Positions 11,001 to 25,540 of a stretch of 49,759 bases of DNA are shown here, in pieces. The notes under the pieces are model-generated. The model was not told where the DNA came from, did no database searches, and saw nothing but the letters and a program-made list of their open reading frames with translations. This stretch comes from Basidiobolus ranarum. Taxonomy: Eukaryota. Every line of letters begins with the position of its first letter. Position 1 is the first letter of the stretch. A program made the position numbers and the translations under genes. The stretch covers positions 1-49,759 of the forward strand of contig JASJQH010006894.1 in the NCBI GenBank assembly GCA_040143965.1, in the 5' to 3' direction.

Positions 11001-11851
11001 CCAACAACTTCGTCTCTTTAAATTACCTTGTGACGGAAGCAACAACCATTCCTTTACGATCTACATCCACAATAATACGATTCTTTGACAGCTGTTCTTG
11101 AACAAGAATAACCTTTTCGGTACCCTTGACAATAAAATAACCGCCTGGATCTAAAGGACATTCACACATCTTGGCAAGCTCTGACTCGTCTTTACCACTG
11201 AGTACACAGTGGGAACTACGAAGCATAATAGGCATTCTACCAATCGGGACCCCACGACGACGTACAAGCTGTCTACCACGGACATATTCGACATCAACAT
11301 ATATGTTGGCAGAATAAGTTAGATCTCTGAGACGGCACTCATGAGGAGTATATTCCAAGTTAACAGCATGAGGATCGGTACGTTCAGGTTTACCTACACG
11401 AATTCCAGTATACCTGTTCGAAGAATGTAAGCTATCTATTGACGAGTCTTATTTAATATCTCCAAAACTGCTTACTTTAAATAAAAGTTTGGGTCAACGT
11501 CAGAAGTGACCTTCTCGTTAGCCTTAAGGATCTTGTTTAAATCGACATTGATAAAATAGTTAAACGAGTCAATGTGCTGCTTGACAAGACCTTTAACTTT
11601 TAAGAATGCAGGTAAAAGTTGCCATTTGTCCTATCAGATAAAGAGGGTTACTCAATGTTGGATGTGGTAACATACATTCAGGAACTAGAGTATATTACCT
11701 CAGCAGTAGGAATAGGATCACCAGCTTTTTTACCGTTGTAACGAGTATTATCTTGAAGAACTTCGACTACATTTTCGACACTCTCAGCTGCAGTAGCTTC
11801 GTTATGTACTTTGGCTTTACCGTTCTCCTTTCTAATTTTCCCCTTAGTCAT
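8030..11851 (-). CDS. RPC2: RNA polymerase III second-largest subunit
   Basis: Multi-exon. Motifs [75 protein letters not shown], and a C-terminal Zn finger. Confidence 0.97.
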
Positions 11852-12242
11852 GCTTGTTGTGAGCAAGGACTGCCAGTGTCTAGCTGACTTACCTGCAACA
11901 AAGTTTTGGGTTTGTTTTTTTTTTCTTCATTAGTTCGACTAAATTAGTGTGCTTATCAAGCATTTTTTAACTTGAATAAATTAGATCCAACCTTCACAAT
12001 TAACCATTCTTTTATAAGATCAGAATTAAATAAAATCATCCGCATTCAATCAAGAAATTTATGATTATGATGGAATAACCAATTTCAACGTTGATGATGC
12101 TATTTGGGAGTTAAAGATATGTGACTTTGAAGCCAATTCATTTTTACCGTCAACGTTTATTCCTTAAGTTTCTTTAGGATAGTGGAAACACCAATATTCT
12201 TGTTTTCTTTTCTTGTTGACTTTATCCTTTCTAGAATAACTG

Positions 12243-13285
<1,043 letters not shown>

Positions 13286-13421
13286 ATTCATTTAATAATT
13301 AAAACCCTTCATAAGGAACCTTTCATTCACTGACTAATTTGCGTGCGTTTCCTTTCCTTTCTTTTCATTTCATTTTATTGGATTGAGGTTCATGTTAATT
13401 CGAATCGGGTCAATAGAACGA

Positions 13422-16400
13422 TTATTTCAAACTGAGGGTGAATTTGTTACCGCAATATATACATTTATCACAAATCGATAGAATAGTCCAGATGAGACTT
13501 CCTTGGGGAATTGGCTTCTGTAGTGTGGACTTGGTAATCCAATTGAGTGCTTTGATGCTACACGTTGAACACGAACGAATGTGGGGAGTAGCAGCTATTT
13601 GAAATGTTAAAGAACATCTCTCTATTTCATATGAACTAGGATTAGTGAAGTGAACTCAATGGAGAATGATATCATAACTGATTACCCCATATATGTCCTT
13701 TCGAACATTTCACCTTTCTTAAAGAATCAAATGGAAGATGTAGACCAAGTTAAAGAGAATAAAATGAGTTGATCGAATGGTAAAATCTATACGTCAATGA
13801 GAATAAAAAGGATATCTTCACTGCAAGCTGGACATTTCTCTCGAAGAGTGGTTCCTTCTTCATTATCCGATATTTTCACTTGTCCTAGAAACTCATAAAT
13901 CTTCTGAATGTTTAAAGACATGTTCGTATCTCCTGCGTAATTACGAAGCGCCCAGTCACATGCCATCGAGATAAAAAGTCGGTCAGAAGCTGGGAACAAG
14001 AGATGGAGTGAGTTATTGATGTGATTTCCTAGGGAATCTTGGAAACCCTACCGAATATAACAAATTCATTCGATTGAATGTAGTGCTTCATCAAAACAAG
14101 GACCTTTTCGAGATATCGTTGTTGAACAAATATGTAGCTTTCATTGACGATGTTTCTTAGGTTAATGTCATCACCACCGAATGCTAATGTCTAACGAAGC
14201 AAGCACTTTAGTATTGTTACCATTTCCCTTGAAAATGCATGAATCACTCACTTGTGCAGTATTCGATATATTCCAAATGGTTCGGTAGGAGTTCAATGTT
14301 GAGTTGTGGTAGAGCTCCTTCTTCCATCTCATCAGAAATCTCTTATCTGAACAGCTGTTACAGAGACAAAATTTAACAGATGTCCTCGCTAAACAGCACT
14401 AAGCGCAGATAACTTACTCCTCCAGTGTCACATCACTTGTGGGCTCCTCATCGTATCCGATGTATTTTCTTAGTTTCATCAGCAACTCCGCATACACATC
14501 ATTAAGTATCACAATGTCGTAAGTCATAAACTGAAAGATATCCCAGTACAGATACTCCGGAGATGGCATCTCCTCCACTGAAGCAACCGTTCGATCAGAA
14601 ACCGGTAACAAACTATACTAGATAAAGAGAGACAGTTACCTTTGTCAATAGTATTCCGATATCTGGTCCAAAGTTGTAGAACAGAGTCTGCCAACTCGAT
14701 TTTATCGAAATCCACTGATGAGCAGAAGCACAGATAGGAATTGTCATATTGATCTGTTTTGTATTCCATATCCATAGGCGATGACAGTCTTGAGAAGTGA
14801 CTTAATTCTTGGATTCAACTGGATGAATAACGAATCATGTACTTACGTGTATGTTATCGCATAAAAGTATCCGTTAGCAGAGCCATCGACCCCAAACACT
14901 CTGGCTACTACAGAAGAGACTTGAGAAGAGTTCGGGCTAGGGCTCCTCATATCAAGAAAGCATTTCTCTTCTTTACAGGGGTCATCCAATGACGATGAGA
15001 TGAATTGACATTTTTCGGTAAATTTTTGAAGGATCCCGCGAGATTTCTCCTCGTTCTCGGCAAGAGTAGCATCTTGATGGTATAGGAGCAGTATTTTTCC
15101 ATCCATAGTAAAGACTGTGAGCTCGTGCTCCTCAGCATCCCATGTCAAACCTAAACTGGAGGTGTAAGTAGGTTTCTACAGGAGTCGTTGGTTGCATTCA
15201 AACCTGTGATTGCCATAGCGGAAGAGATGTGATAGACACTGAGAGAGTTTGTCGTTGTATCATCCTTCTTCAACCATTGGTTGGGTGCTGACCAAACGTA
15301 TACACTGCTACCTTTACCAATAGCAAGTTTAGCGCAATCAAGAGACTGTCTGCCAGTTAGTTATCTATAGCAGCGGTACTCAATCTACGTTTATCGAAAT
15401 CATTGCTTACATGCACGTTACTCCACTTCATGGTGGTCACCAATCGGGAATCGTTAGGGAGCAGCTCACTCAAGAACTCGACTTCGACACTAAGAGCGGT
15501 GGGATGGTTTGACGGGTCTTTTGAAATCTTGATCATCCAAGATTTTACGCGACCATCATTGCCAGAGGTAATCAAGAGACCATCACCTATTTTTCATGTG
15601 AATATCACTTCCATTCAATATATTCAAATGCGTAAATTTACATTCATTAGAGCCAATGTTGCTCCAAGATGACCACAATATATTACTAATCCACGTATCA
15701 TGAGCTTGAAAGGAAGTCAGAAAACTTGCGTTATCCGTATAACTACATGAAGTTTAAATCAGTTCAAAAGTCGTCATTATCGCGAAGTAAGAATTGGCAA
15801 AAACCTCCACAGAGTTATCATTCCAGATTTACTTCCTAGAGCAATGATAGATATACATGCAATGGTGGATTGAAATGAGCAGCTCTTCGACCAAGAGATT
15901 GCTATTTAGAAACATTTACGTGAGTAAGGATCTTTCACATCTAGAAAGTATTACAATTACCTGTTGTTTCAGCATCGTTCGCTGTTTTCATCAATTCTGA
16001 CTCTACTAGCTTTTGGGAAATATCTTCTATCTATCGGAAAGGTTAGAGACCGCGTTCACACGATAATGGAGAAGCTTCGAGTGCTCTTACCATAAACCAC
16101 TCGGAAGTTGCTGGATTACCTCTAGGTAAAAACAAAGAAACAGTATAATTTGTCGAAATAGCTGCTAATATACACCTAAAGAGGTAACAATTTGAAACAA
16201 GTTAAATGCAGTAACGGTTTATTATACATAAATAGTAGAATATATACCCTTTCAAAGTAGAACAACTACTAGGCGACCAGACAGCAGAGCGATACGAACC
16301 AGCCATAACTGCTATAGGTTTCAATTCATCCCCTGTAAAAAAAGAGATTAGCCATTTGATTTAAGAACAGAATGGAGAATATACTAACCTTGATCGAGGC

Positions 16401-16721
16401 CTCTTTTCAGCTTGAGTTTATTCTCTGCATATTTTCCAGGAATTCCGGTGCGAAGTACTTTACTACGATTACTTAATGAGGCCCCTTTGAACGTTGGAGT
16501 CTAAAGTAGAAACGGAGTACAAATTGAATAAAGAAGGAACCAATACTTGTGAATCAAGAATTATATAGTAGAGCTTTCCAAATTGTTAAAAGTAATAAGT
16601 TTATTACCAATATATGAATGGCTGAATTGGTGATCACAGCAATCTGGTTATCTTCTGACCAGTGCAATGAGTTCGGCTGATTCGGCCGAGAATTGAACTC
16701 TATAATATCGTCTATGTGCAT
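13422..16721 (-). CDS. Transcription factor IIIC subunit (GTF3C4/Sfc9/Tfc8-like; WD-like N-terminus, C-terminal Zn finger)
   Basis: N-terminal SLHWSEDNQIAVIT, YRSAVWSPSSC, ITSGNDGRVKSW. C-terminal EKCPAC..RCSLTFQ..RSCSTC..CDKCIYCGNKF. Many short introns and a probable 5'-UTR intron just upstream of the ATG. Confidence 0.8.
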
Positions 16722-17176
16722 CCTCTAACGTTAAAGGCGAAAATCAAGTTAGTCAGAAACCAGGAATTGTCATTGATAATTACTCGGAAAACAAAAAATT
16801 GGAATTAATTTAGCAGTCATATATGTATTTTGTTTATTTCATCCTTGATCATGCAAATGCTCAGATGTCAAGATACAGCTTCAAGCTCTTGTATTCATGC
16901 TACATAAAATATCATAGCATATATTTTCAACGACCTGTCTTCATCATCTGCAAGTAAGTTCGAAGTATAAAAGAGCGGAAACGAACTGGGTTATAGTTTA
17001 TAATTTGGGGGAAGGTGCAACCTTAAAATGTCCTTTATAGTAAGCATGGAATATAGATAGTGAAAGAAGAAGTACGAATAGATTAATACTGAGGATAATG
17101 AACGGAAACACAAGTACACGAATTAATGAGTAAATGAAGGAGGAACAAGAATACTGCTTCCTACTTCACATCAGGA

Positions 17177-18181
17177 TTATAGAGACTTCTTGGCTTCTTT
17201 TTTGGTGATTGCGAACTGTGTTTGAACGGGTGAGGAGGGTCTTTGTTTGCTTAATGTCTCAACTCGCTTTACATAAGCTTCAAGACCAATACCAACAAAC
17301 ACCAAACTCACTCCGATCCATTGTCCAGATGAAAATTCGTGATTAAACCAAAATACCGACAAGAGCATGGTAAACATCTTGCGAGTAACAGTAACCGTAA
17401 CAAGGGAAAGAGAACCATAACTTTCAAGGACGTAAAAGATGAAACACTGTCCTACAGCTCCACAGAACGAAAAGGTCAATATGTCCTTAATAACGGCAGG
17501 ATACATAGCACAAAAGTTCAATGCTTCTGATAGTTCCGAGTTCAAGGGGTTCAAAAGCCATAAGAACATCAATCCAGAACCAATTAGGTTCATGAAAAAC
17601 ATCATTTGCTGACCATTAACCTTGTACTTGCGGAAAATTTGGTCTTGAGTGGAATTGGTAGCACCATCCATCAATAGATTGATGGTAAGTAAAAAGAGTC
17701 CATATAGACTATTTACCGAAGAGGAAGCTTTCTTCACAGGCTGGAGCAACATGAATGCTGACACTCCTAGAGTAACTAAAAATACAGTGACATACTTATA
17801 AAATGGAAATTTACGACGGTATAAAACAACATTCATCAACATGACAGGGACCAGCTTGCAAGATTTTCCTAATATCAAAGTAGGATAGTCGATGTGTTTC
17901 AAAGAAGCATATCCAAAAGGGGAAGCCAAAACGTTGGTAATAGCCACTTGGATGTAATTCTTCAACAAGTCCCAGCTAGGATTTCCAAGGTCACGGCGGT
18001 TGAATTTAAGATAGGCATATGCCACAATGGACGCGGACAAGCTTTGTATAACGTTCAAGAATATAAAGAAGCGGAATTTTTGACCTTCTCCGTAAGTGGT
18101 TGTCGAAACTCGCTCTTGCAACACACCCCAACTCAAAAAGCAAGCGTATATACCCAAGACACACAGACCGAGCCGAAGCAT
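17177..18181 (-). CDS. HUT1: UDP-galactose transporter homolog (SLC35B1 family), ER
   Basis: Intronless 334-aa multi-TM protein with WGVLQER, SLKHIDYPTLILGKSCKLVPVM and TVTRKMFT; KKxx C-terminus (KKSL). Confidence 0.95.
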   Translation of the reverse strand: MLRLGLCVLGIYACFLSWGVLQERVSTTTYGEGQKFRFFIFLNVIQSLSASIVAYAYLKFNRRDLGNPSWDLLKNYIQVAITNVLASPFGYASLKHIDYPTLILGKSCKLVPVMLMNVVLYRRKFPFYKYVTVFLVTLGVSAFMLLQPVKKASSSVNSLYGLFLLTINLLMDGATNSTQDQIFRKYKVNGQQMMFFMNLIGSGLMFLWLLNPLNSELSEALNFCAMYPAVIKDILTFSFCGAVGQCFIFYVLESYGSLSLVTVTVTRKMFTMLLSVFWFNHEFSSGQWIGVSLVFVGIGLEAYVKRVETLSKQRPSSPVQTQFAITKKEAKKSL

Positions 18182-18757
18182 TTCTAAAGAGTTAACTTGA
18201 GGAGCAGTTGACAGGATGGATATTCTATATATAAAATATAGTTGCTCCTAAATTAATGATTTATTCAACTAACCAAATAGAAGGTGACAACAAAATTGAA
18301 TTTACTCTGAAAATGTCAATGCAGACTGTGATTTGTCCAAAATAATCAAGAATTACCGTCAAGAAATCTATGGAAGAGGTGCTTACCCTTTGATTCGCCA
18401 GTGATGGTTGGTAACTTATTTTTGCAATATATCAAATTAGAATCCTAACTCCCACATCCATGTGCCCAAAGTAACCAATGAAACACGAAACCAAGCCTCG
18501 TAGATCCAATCAACAACGCTCATCTCTTACGAGATAAGGTAGGGATTAAGTAGATCGCGAAACTTGCTTGATGTGCCTTTATTATAGTTATGACAGCATG
18601 GATGATTATGGATGGCAACAAGATGCAAACAGATTCCTTTATTAGATGTATTCCGATGTTTGTTGTTAAAGAAGGGAGTGTTGCATTTGCCTGTTTCAAA
18701 ACTATATAAGCAGTGCAAATTGCCGATGAAATGAAAAGGGTTCACTACTCCATTTGC

Positions 18758-20175
18758 TTACGTTATCAGATTCTCAAATTGTGAATACAACTCTGAATAT
18801 TTGGGCAAAAGAATTCGACTGACATTGTTAATAGTTCTAGCTTTTGTTTGTTCTCTACTATTGTATGCTGTAAAGCTTAGTTAGTTAATTTGGTGTGTAG
18901 CATTAAAGTCATGTGCAACTTACCCTTCACATTGCTGATCAAAGATGTGAACTAGTAATAGAATCTATTAAATCTCCATAATAAACATAAAATCGGAAGT
19001 TAATTATACCTCGTCGTAGCTAAGGATACGTCTAGCTTTTCGAAAGAAATCTTTCCCATTGACTGAGCTAGACATACGCGTACTGTCAGGCTCATTCGAT
19101 CGCAAGCTTGATGCTTCAAACCGTACAGAATGCGATGGTCTCGATTGTCCAGAATTAGAGGCTCTGCTTCGTAGGGGACGGCTTTGATAAATACCTTGGA
19201 TTAATTCGGGCTTTATATGAATGTGACAGTGTCCAAATCCTTGCAATTATTATATGTGAACTGAGCTTACCTGTTGTCACTAGATGAAGGTATATCGATT
19301 GGCGACGAGTCAGGTATATCTGTTCAATGTCATTATTGTTATATCAAAAGAAGCGCACTCTGTATCTACAAATCGAATACCTTGGACATTTAACCCAGAA
19401 AGCTGATGCTAAATCATAATTATTCATAGAAGGAAATTTTAGATGCGATGCAAAAATATATGTACAAATTAGTAAATTGACGAAAGTTATCTAATTGGTA
19501 CCGATAGCTCTTCTTGAAGGTCGCTTATTGTTCCTGGCTCAATCTCATTAACCTACAATTCCCCATTTGAGTATGAGTATTGGTTATATATGTAAAGTTC
19601 ATATAAAAGTTTGAAAACTGTTGAAGGAATACATGATATACGACAAGTAGAAATATCCCAACTTACTCTGTCTAAAGGATCTAAGCCTCCATCGTTGGCT
19701 AATTGTTGAACCAGGTTTTGCCTGAAGGAGTTGAGCTTAGATACCATTCTTTCCAATTCCCGATTTCTTTTTTCACTAAAAGCTACCCATGAAGGGTTAG
19801 AAATTTAAAAGATAACTGACAAGTGTTAACTAATTACGACATATATAGAACCCAACCTTCTCTGTAATTCTGTTTCCATTTGAGAAAATCGTAACCTTAG
19901 TTCTGGATTGAATAAGTTATTATGGAAGCTTTTGAGGAGTATACAATTACAGTAGCAAGCATTTCCAGGATGTACCTTGCAGAGCAACATCTTTTCTACC
20001 ACATTCTTGACTTAAATATCTAATCTCAGTCTCCATCGTATCTATCTAATAGAACGGGTTAACATAGAGGAGTGGTAACACTGATTCCGAAGTAATGATT
20101 TTGCACCTTCTTATAATAAGCATCTTTGACATGTCGTAAGCCTTTTTCAAAATCTTGGTCTAAATTGGCCTGCAT
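18758..20175 (-). CDS. NAIP/At4g15545-like coiled-coil protein with conserved C-terminal helical domain
   Basis: Spliced MQANLDQDFEKGLRHVKDAYYKK-IDTMETEIRYL..ELERMVSKLNSFRQNLVQQL..S-rich linker..VNGKDFFRKARRILSYDE-FTSLISNVK-AYNSREQTKARTINNVSRILLPKYSELYSQFENLIT*. Middle exons are approximate. Confidence 0.75.
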
Positions 20176-20593
20176 CAACAATACAAGGTGTACGCTATAC
20201 TACTTGGTGTCGATATCGAGAGTAAGAGTAATCAATTGAATAAACAATCTTGATAGGTTCTATATTTCTAGATGGACCTATCATATCTGAAACACTTTGT
20301 ATGCTAAGACATTACTGTTGATTAAGCTTTCAATAATGGATCGGCCAGTTGTGACTTTCTAACCGCTACAGCATAATTCTTCAAGATATTTAAATTACAA
20401 TGGAATGCAAATAAATTTATTACTAAACAGGCTACATGGATTGATGAGTAAAATTCTATCATTTTTGCTTGACTATATATATCTTTTACTCTGGTAGAGA
20501 AGAAAAATGTTGTAGTTGAATAAAGTACTTCGCAGGGCTGGTTACAAAGATAAAAGGACATCAAAATAAAATAAACAAAATCTAAAATAAAAA

Positions 20594-22693
20594 TTAATTT
20601 TTGCCCTTCTTCTTCTTGTTCTTCTTTTGACTTGGCTTCTCATACACTTCCTCAGGTGCTAGAAGATTAGCGTCACTAACGTTGACTGGAGTGACCTCCT
20701 CCATTGCGATAGCAGGGGCGTCGCTGATGACAGTAATTTCGGCTTTGGGCTGCAATAGAATGAAATGAACATCGAAATTCTTACAAAGATCTTTAACGCG
20801 AAAGCTTACCATTTTGGGAGTGAAGTGGAAGTTGGAAAGAGAATCAAGCTTGAAGCAAAGATCCTTAAACAACTCATCGATATCATCGTGTGCTTTCTTC
20901 AAAGCGTCATCCTTTTCATTCACAACATGGCCTGTAGTTTGCTTAATGTACTCATCCTCATACAGTTCACTGAGGGATTTTTTGCTCTTTTCATCGTTAA
21001 GTGCTACCTTCTTGGAGGGTAGGAAGGCAGGAAGGTTGGGGTCCTTCTTGCGTTCAACATCATCGAAAAGACCATCAAGAATACGACGTTTAATCATGTC
21101 TTCTAAGGTTTCAGTTACTTCTTGAGTAATGACAGGAACCGGCTAGAGGGTTGAACTACGTGTAAGTCACCACGCTATCTCTTAAATACTTTAAATATTA
21201 GACTACCTTTGAAGCATGATCGAATTCCAGGTCTTCTTCCAACAAACTGTTGACGGGTCTTGTTCTCACAGAAGCCTATATTATGTCAACAATGTTGAAT
21301 ATTTATCAAAGTATCCGTTGAAAAGAATCATCATACCTCGCCCATTAATGTCCAGTCTTTGGCGCCAACATTCTCATTTTCCAATTGAGAAATTGTTTCT
21401 TGGATCTTTCTTTGATGCTTTTCAAATGATGAGAGCTTCTCAGTACCTGTCCAGGAAATTCAATAAAAAGTAAGAAACGAGGTCGCTCAACATTCAGTCA
21501 AAATTCGCGTACCTTCTTCATCCTCGTCATCGTTTTGCGCGAAAAGGTCTTTGGTGCTGGGTTCAACCTCTTCATCCTCATCTTTCTCGGTCTCTTTGTT
21601 CTCAGAGAATCTAACTTTCTTTTTATCTTGAGCAGAGTCGGCCTTAGCGGGGCGTTTTTTGCCATCCTTGAAGAATTCGCCAAATGTGATATCTAGAAAA
21701 GGTAACAAAGGATTACCATGGTGGTCTCATACACCACATCATCAAGATAAATTACCGTTGGCATTTGTGCCCTCATCGTCACTATCACTCAGTTCATCAG
21801 GGTCTGGAAAAAAACGTCAGCACAGGAATAACAAGATATAAGGCGATCAGAATCGTACCAGCAAAATAGTCAATTTCATCTTCATCATCGCTTTTGTCTT
21901 GGAGTTCCATTTCCTCTGCCTTTTCGGTAAAGTCTTCCATTTGGGCTAGTGAAAAGAACTCGTCATCTACTTCTGAGCGTTCTCTGCAAATGATGAAGTA
22001 ATGTTAAACAATCCGCCCGTTTCATCTACGCCTGGAAAATATCTACGAGGAAAACTACATACGGATCAATGTTATCATCCTCAGAACTATCCTCTTTCTC
22101 TTCGGGTGATTCAATATCTTCTTCGTTTTCTTCCTCTTCTTCTCCTTCAGAAGCATTTTCCTCCTCCTCAGCCTTGAATATGATTACAACATTACTACGA
22201 CCCTTAAATCAAATATATAGAAGCAGTATATACTTACACTCATATCATCCTCTTCGGAAAGTTCGGGAACTTGTGCATCAGAATCAGCTGAATCAGAGTT
22301 CTCGGAATCTGAAATAGCTTGATCTTGCATAGTCGACAAATCCTCAAGTTGAGCGTCTACATATTCGAGCAAAGGTTGATTTTGAAGTTGAATTTCTTCC
22401 CAAATTTGTTCATAATCGAAGCCTTCAGTAAGAAGTTCTGGGATTGGTCCGAGAGGAAATGGTTCATCTTTTTTGGCTATATAGATTCTGAAAGTTAGTC
22501 ATAATAAAAAAGAAAGGGGTAAGCTATAGAAAATAAATGTCACACCTGTGTCATAAAGATTCTTCACTACATTAGTAATTTTAGAGGCAACTTCAGAGTT
22601 TTGTGAGATAAATATTTCGGGTTTATCAATAACATCTTTAACGAAATTGAGCAACAACTCCTCTGAAGAAATTTCCACAGTCCCTGTCATCAT
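20594..22693 (-). CDS. MPP10: U3 snoRNP / SSU processome protein Mpp10 (short C-terminus)
   Basis: EGFDYEQIWEEIQLQN, VDDEFFSLAQMEDF, RPVNSLLEEDLEFDH, IKRRILDGLFDDVERK, LDSLSNFHFTPK, LLAPEEVY. Confidence 0.92.
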
Positions 22694-23140
22694 AAATTAT
22701 TCAAGTACTAAGGTTGTTGGAGAGACGAACTATGATGTAAAATTTTCCAAAGCAATAATACTGCAAACCAAAAGTCTCAAGTATGTCCAGCAAGCCTTTA
22801 GATAGCAACGGAAAAAAAAATAAAAAAACTATCGCGTATAAACTACCTCGCCCCTCAATAAAAAATGAACTTGATTAATGATTTTTTTTGCTTGGGAAAA
22901 AAACCATCTCGTCCATCCAGCTTAGCTGTCACAAAATGAAAAATTATAAGATTCATTTTAAATATACTGACGTTTTAGAATTGGTATATTAACCCGATTA
23001 ACGGTATCACATCATAGTAGAAATTTATTTAGTATTTAGATTACTTTAACCAATCCGATGATCAAGAAATTGGTAATGTACTGGGAAATAATTGTTCAAA
23101 TATAGTTAGAGCTTTCGATAAACTCCACCTTTCTCTTCAT

Positions 23141-25389
23141 ATGTCGCCAGTAGAGGAAAACGCAGGTCCAGTACAACGTAAGAAAGCGGGTACTGGACAA
23201 GAAACGACTTCAGCTGCTCAAAATGGACAAGAAGCTGCTGCTGGAACCGAAAAACCACAACCATCAACTTGGGAAAATATTCAGGGTGTTATAACACGAA
23301 TGCTCATAATATATTTAGTTTTCAACTTCTTTAAAGGTATTTTACTTGTCACATTCAAAGCTTATCTCATCGCAGATGCTTAAACAAGCTCTTCATTATC
23401 ATAGGTAGCTCTAATAGTACTCCTCCAGTTGAAAATGGTATTACAGAAACCACGCCAGAGAACACTGTGGATTTCACTCCAATTGTTGCACCACTCTGGC
23501 CATTTGGCACGATGATGGTTAGTTTTGAACTGGTGCAAACGGAAACAATATGTCACAACATCCACATTCTAAACGAGTCATAATCTTATTAACTTAGGAT
23601 CTCTATGTTTATACCTCGGAATCGGAAGAATTTACTCTTTTCAAAGATCCCTCCGCTTTGGCGTGGAAAGCTTCTTCCATTGAGTTTGGAGATTGGGAAG
23701 AGGATAGAAAAGTGTCTTTATCTCTTCCTGCCACTTCTGTAAGTAGCAAAACCCTACTTTATACAATCACCAAAGTACTCCTCGTTAATTTGTTTAATAC
23801 CACCAGAGTATCCAAAATAACGGTACACTGTATGCACATGTTTACCTCACACATCACCTTGTCTCTCCTGATCCTAGTGATGCTACCTTCAACGCAACTC
23901 AGTGTACCCACATGAAATATCGTAAGCGTTACTCTTGAAGTGGGATTTATAGTTTCGTATAATAACATGGCTTCCAACTTTAGCGCTTACCATTTATCGT
24001 AAGAAACGTGTTGAGATCAAGAAAAAGAGACTCATTGGTGGCTCTAAAGAAGATGATGAGGAGGTGCAAACAAATACACCTTCTGGTCAGCCAATTGTTT
24101 CTCATTGGTATGGCAATCTTACTCTTGCTTTAGTGAGCGCACAAGACCATATTCCTCTTGCTAAATTTCCTGATCAAATGAAACAACGTACGTATATTGC
24201 ATTTCAATTGAGCTTTAAGTGACTATGTACTTACAATTCTACTGAATTCAGACATCGTCCTGGAGAAAACTGGACTGAGAGATCCATCGGGTACCACTGG
24301 CTATTATTTCCCGATTATTTTCGTAAATGATTTCTGGATGTTAAGTGAACACCTTTCACTAATCAACGACACTGTAAGGTTAGTAGCATTCGAAGCAACA
24401 CGTGATTTCATGAGCATTATTTTAATGACTTCTTCTTTAGCGAACTTCCTTTGAACATCAACTTTTATCCTCTTTCTATGTACAAGTTCCAAATGTACGC
24501 AATGGTTGGCGATAGCATGCGTCAACAATCTGAGATGATGGGCTCTGGTGGGAATGATATGGATGAATTCAAGCGAATGCTAATTGACACCAATCCTTGG
24601 TTATTGGGTATAACTGCCTTTGTTTCTGTTCTACACAGCATCTTTGATTTCCTTGCTTTCAAAAATGACATCACCTTCTGGAAAGAGAAAAAGGACGTCG
24701 TCGGAATATCCGTCCGTTCCATTGTCCTTAATTTTGTATTCCAAATCATCATTTTCCTTTACCTTCTTGACAATCAGGAAAACACCAGTTGGATGATCTT
24801 ATTTAGCTCTGGCATAGGGCTTCTTATTGAGGCGTGGAAGATTAAGAAGGCAGTCAACGTTACAGTTGCTCCTGTGGAAGGTGGCTGGCTCCCTTGGAAG
24901 ATCTCATTCGAGGACAAAGAGTCTTACACCGAGTCGAAGACAAAAGAATATGATCAAATGGCATTTACATACCTTTCCTATGTGGCGTATCCACTGTTGT
25001 TTGGATATGCTATATACACACTCCTCTACGAAACCCATCGTAGTTGGTATTCATGGGTGCTCGGTACCGCTGTTGGATTTGTTTATACATTCGGGTTCAT
25101 AGCCATGACTCCACAGTTATTTATTAACTACAAACTCAAGTCCGTGGCTCATATGCCTTGGAGAACATTCATGTACAAAGCACTCAATACCTTTATTGAT
25201 GACTTGTTTGCCTTTGTTATTAAGATGCCAATGCTCCACCGTCTTGCTTGCCTCCGTGATGATGCCGTCTTCTTTGTTTATCTGTATCAGCGTTGGATAT
25301 ATCCTGTTGATGAAAAACGCGCAAATGAATTTGGTCAAGTTGGTGATGTTGCCGACGGAGAGACTACCGAGACCAAGAAAGAAAAATAG
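23141..25389 (+). CDS. CLPTM1: CLPTM1-family ER membrane protein (lipid scramblase-like)
   Basis: NNGTLYAHV, YFPIIFVNDFW, DEFKRMLIDTNPWLL, FDFLAFKNDI, MTPQLFINYKLKSVAHMPW, YQRWIYPVD..RANEFG. Confidence 0.93.
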
Positions 25390-25540
25390 GCCCTCTAATA
25401 AGGAATCTTGTCAATATGATAAGCTTTTCTATTTATTTTTGCTACCAAATTATTCATTTCATCACTGGTTTTGTTTAAGATCCTAACTAGCAACTATATC
25501 TCAAAGTATAAATACATAATAAAGATTATTGAATGGGTTA

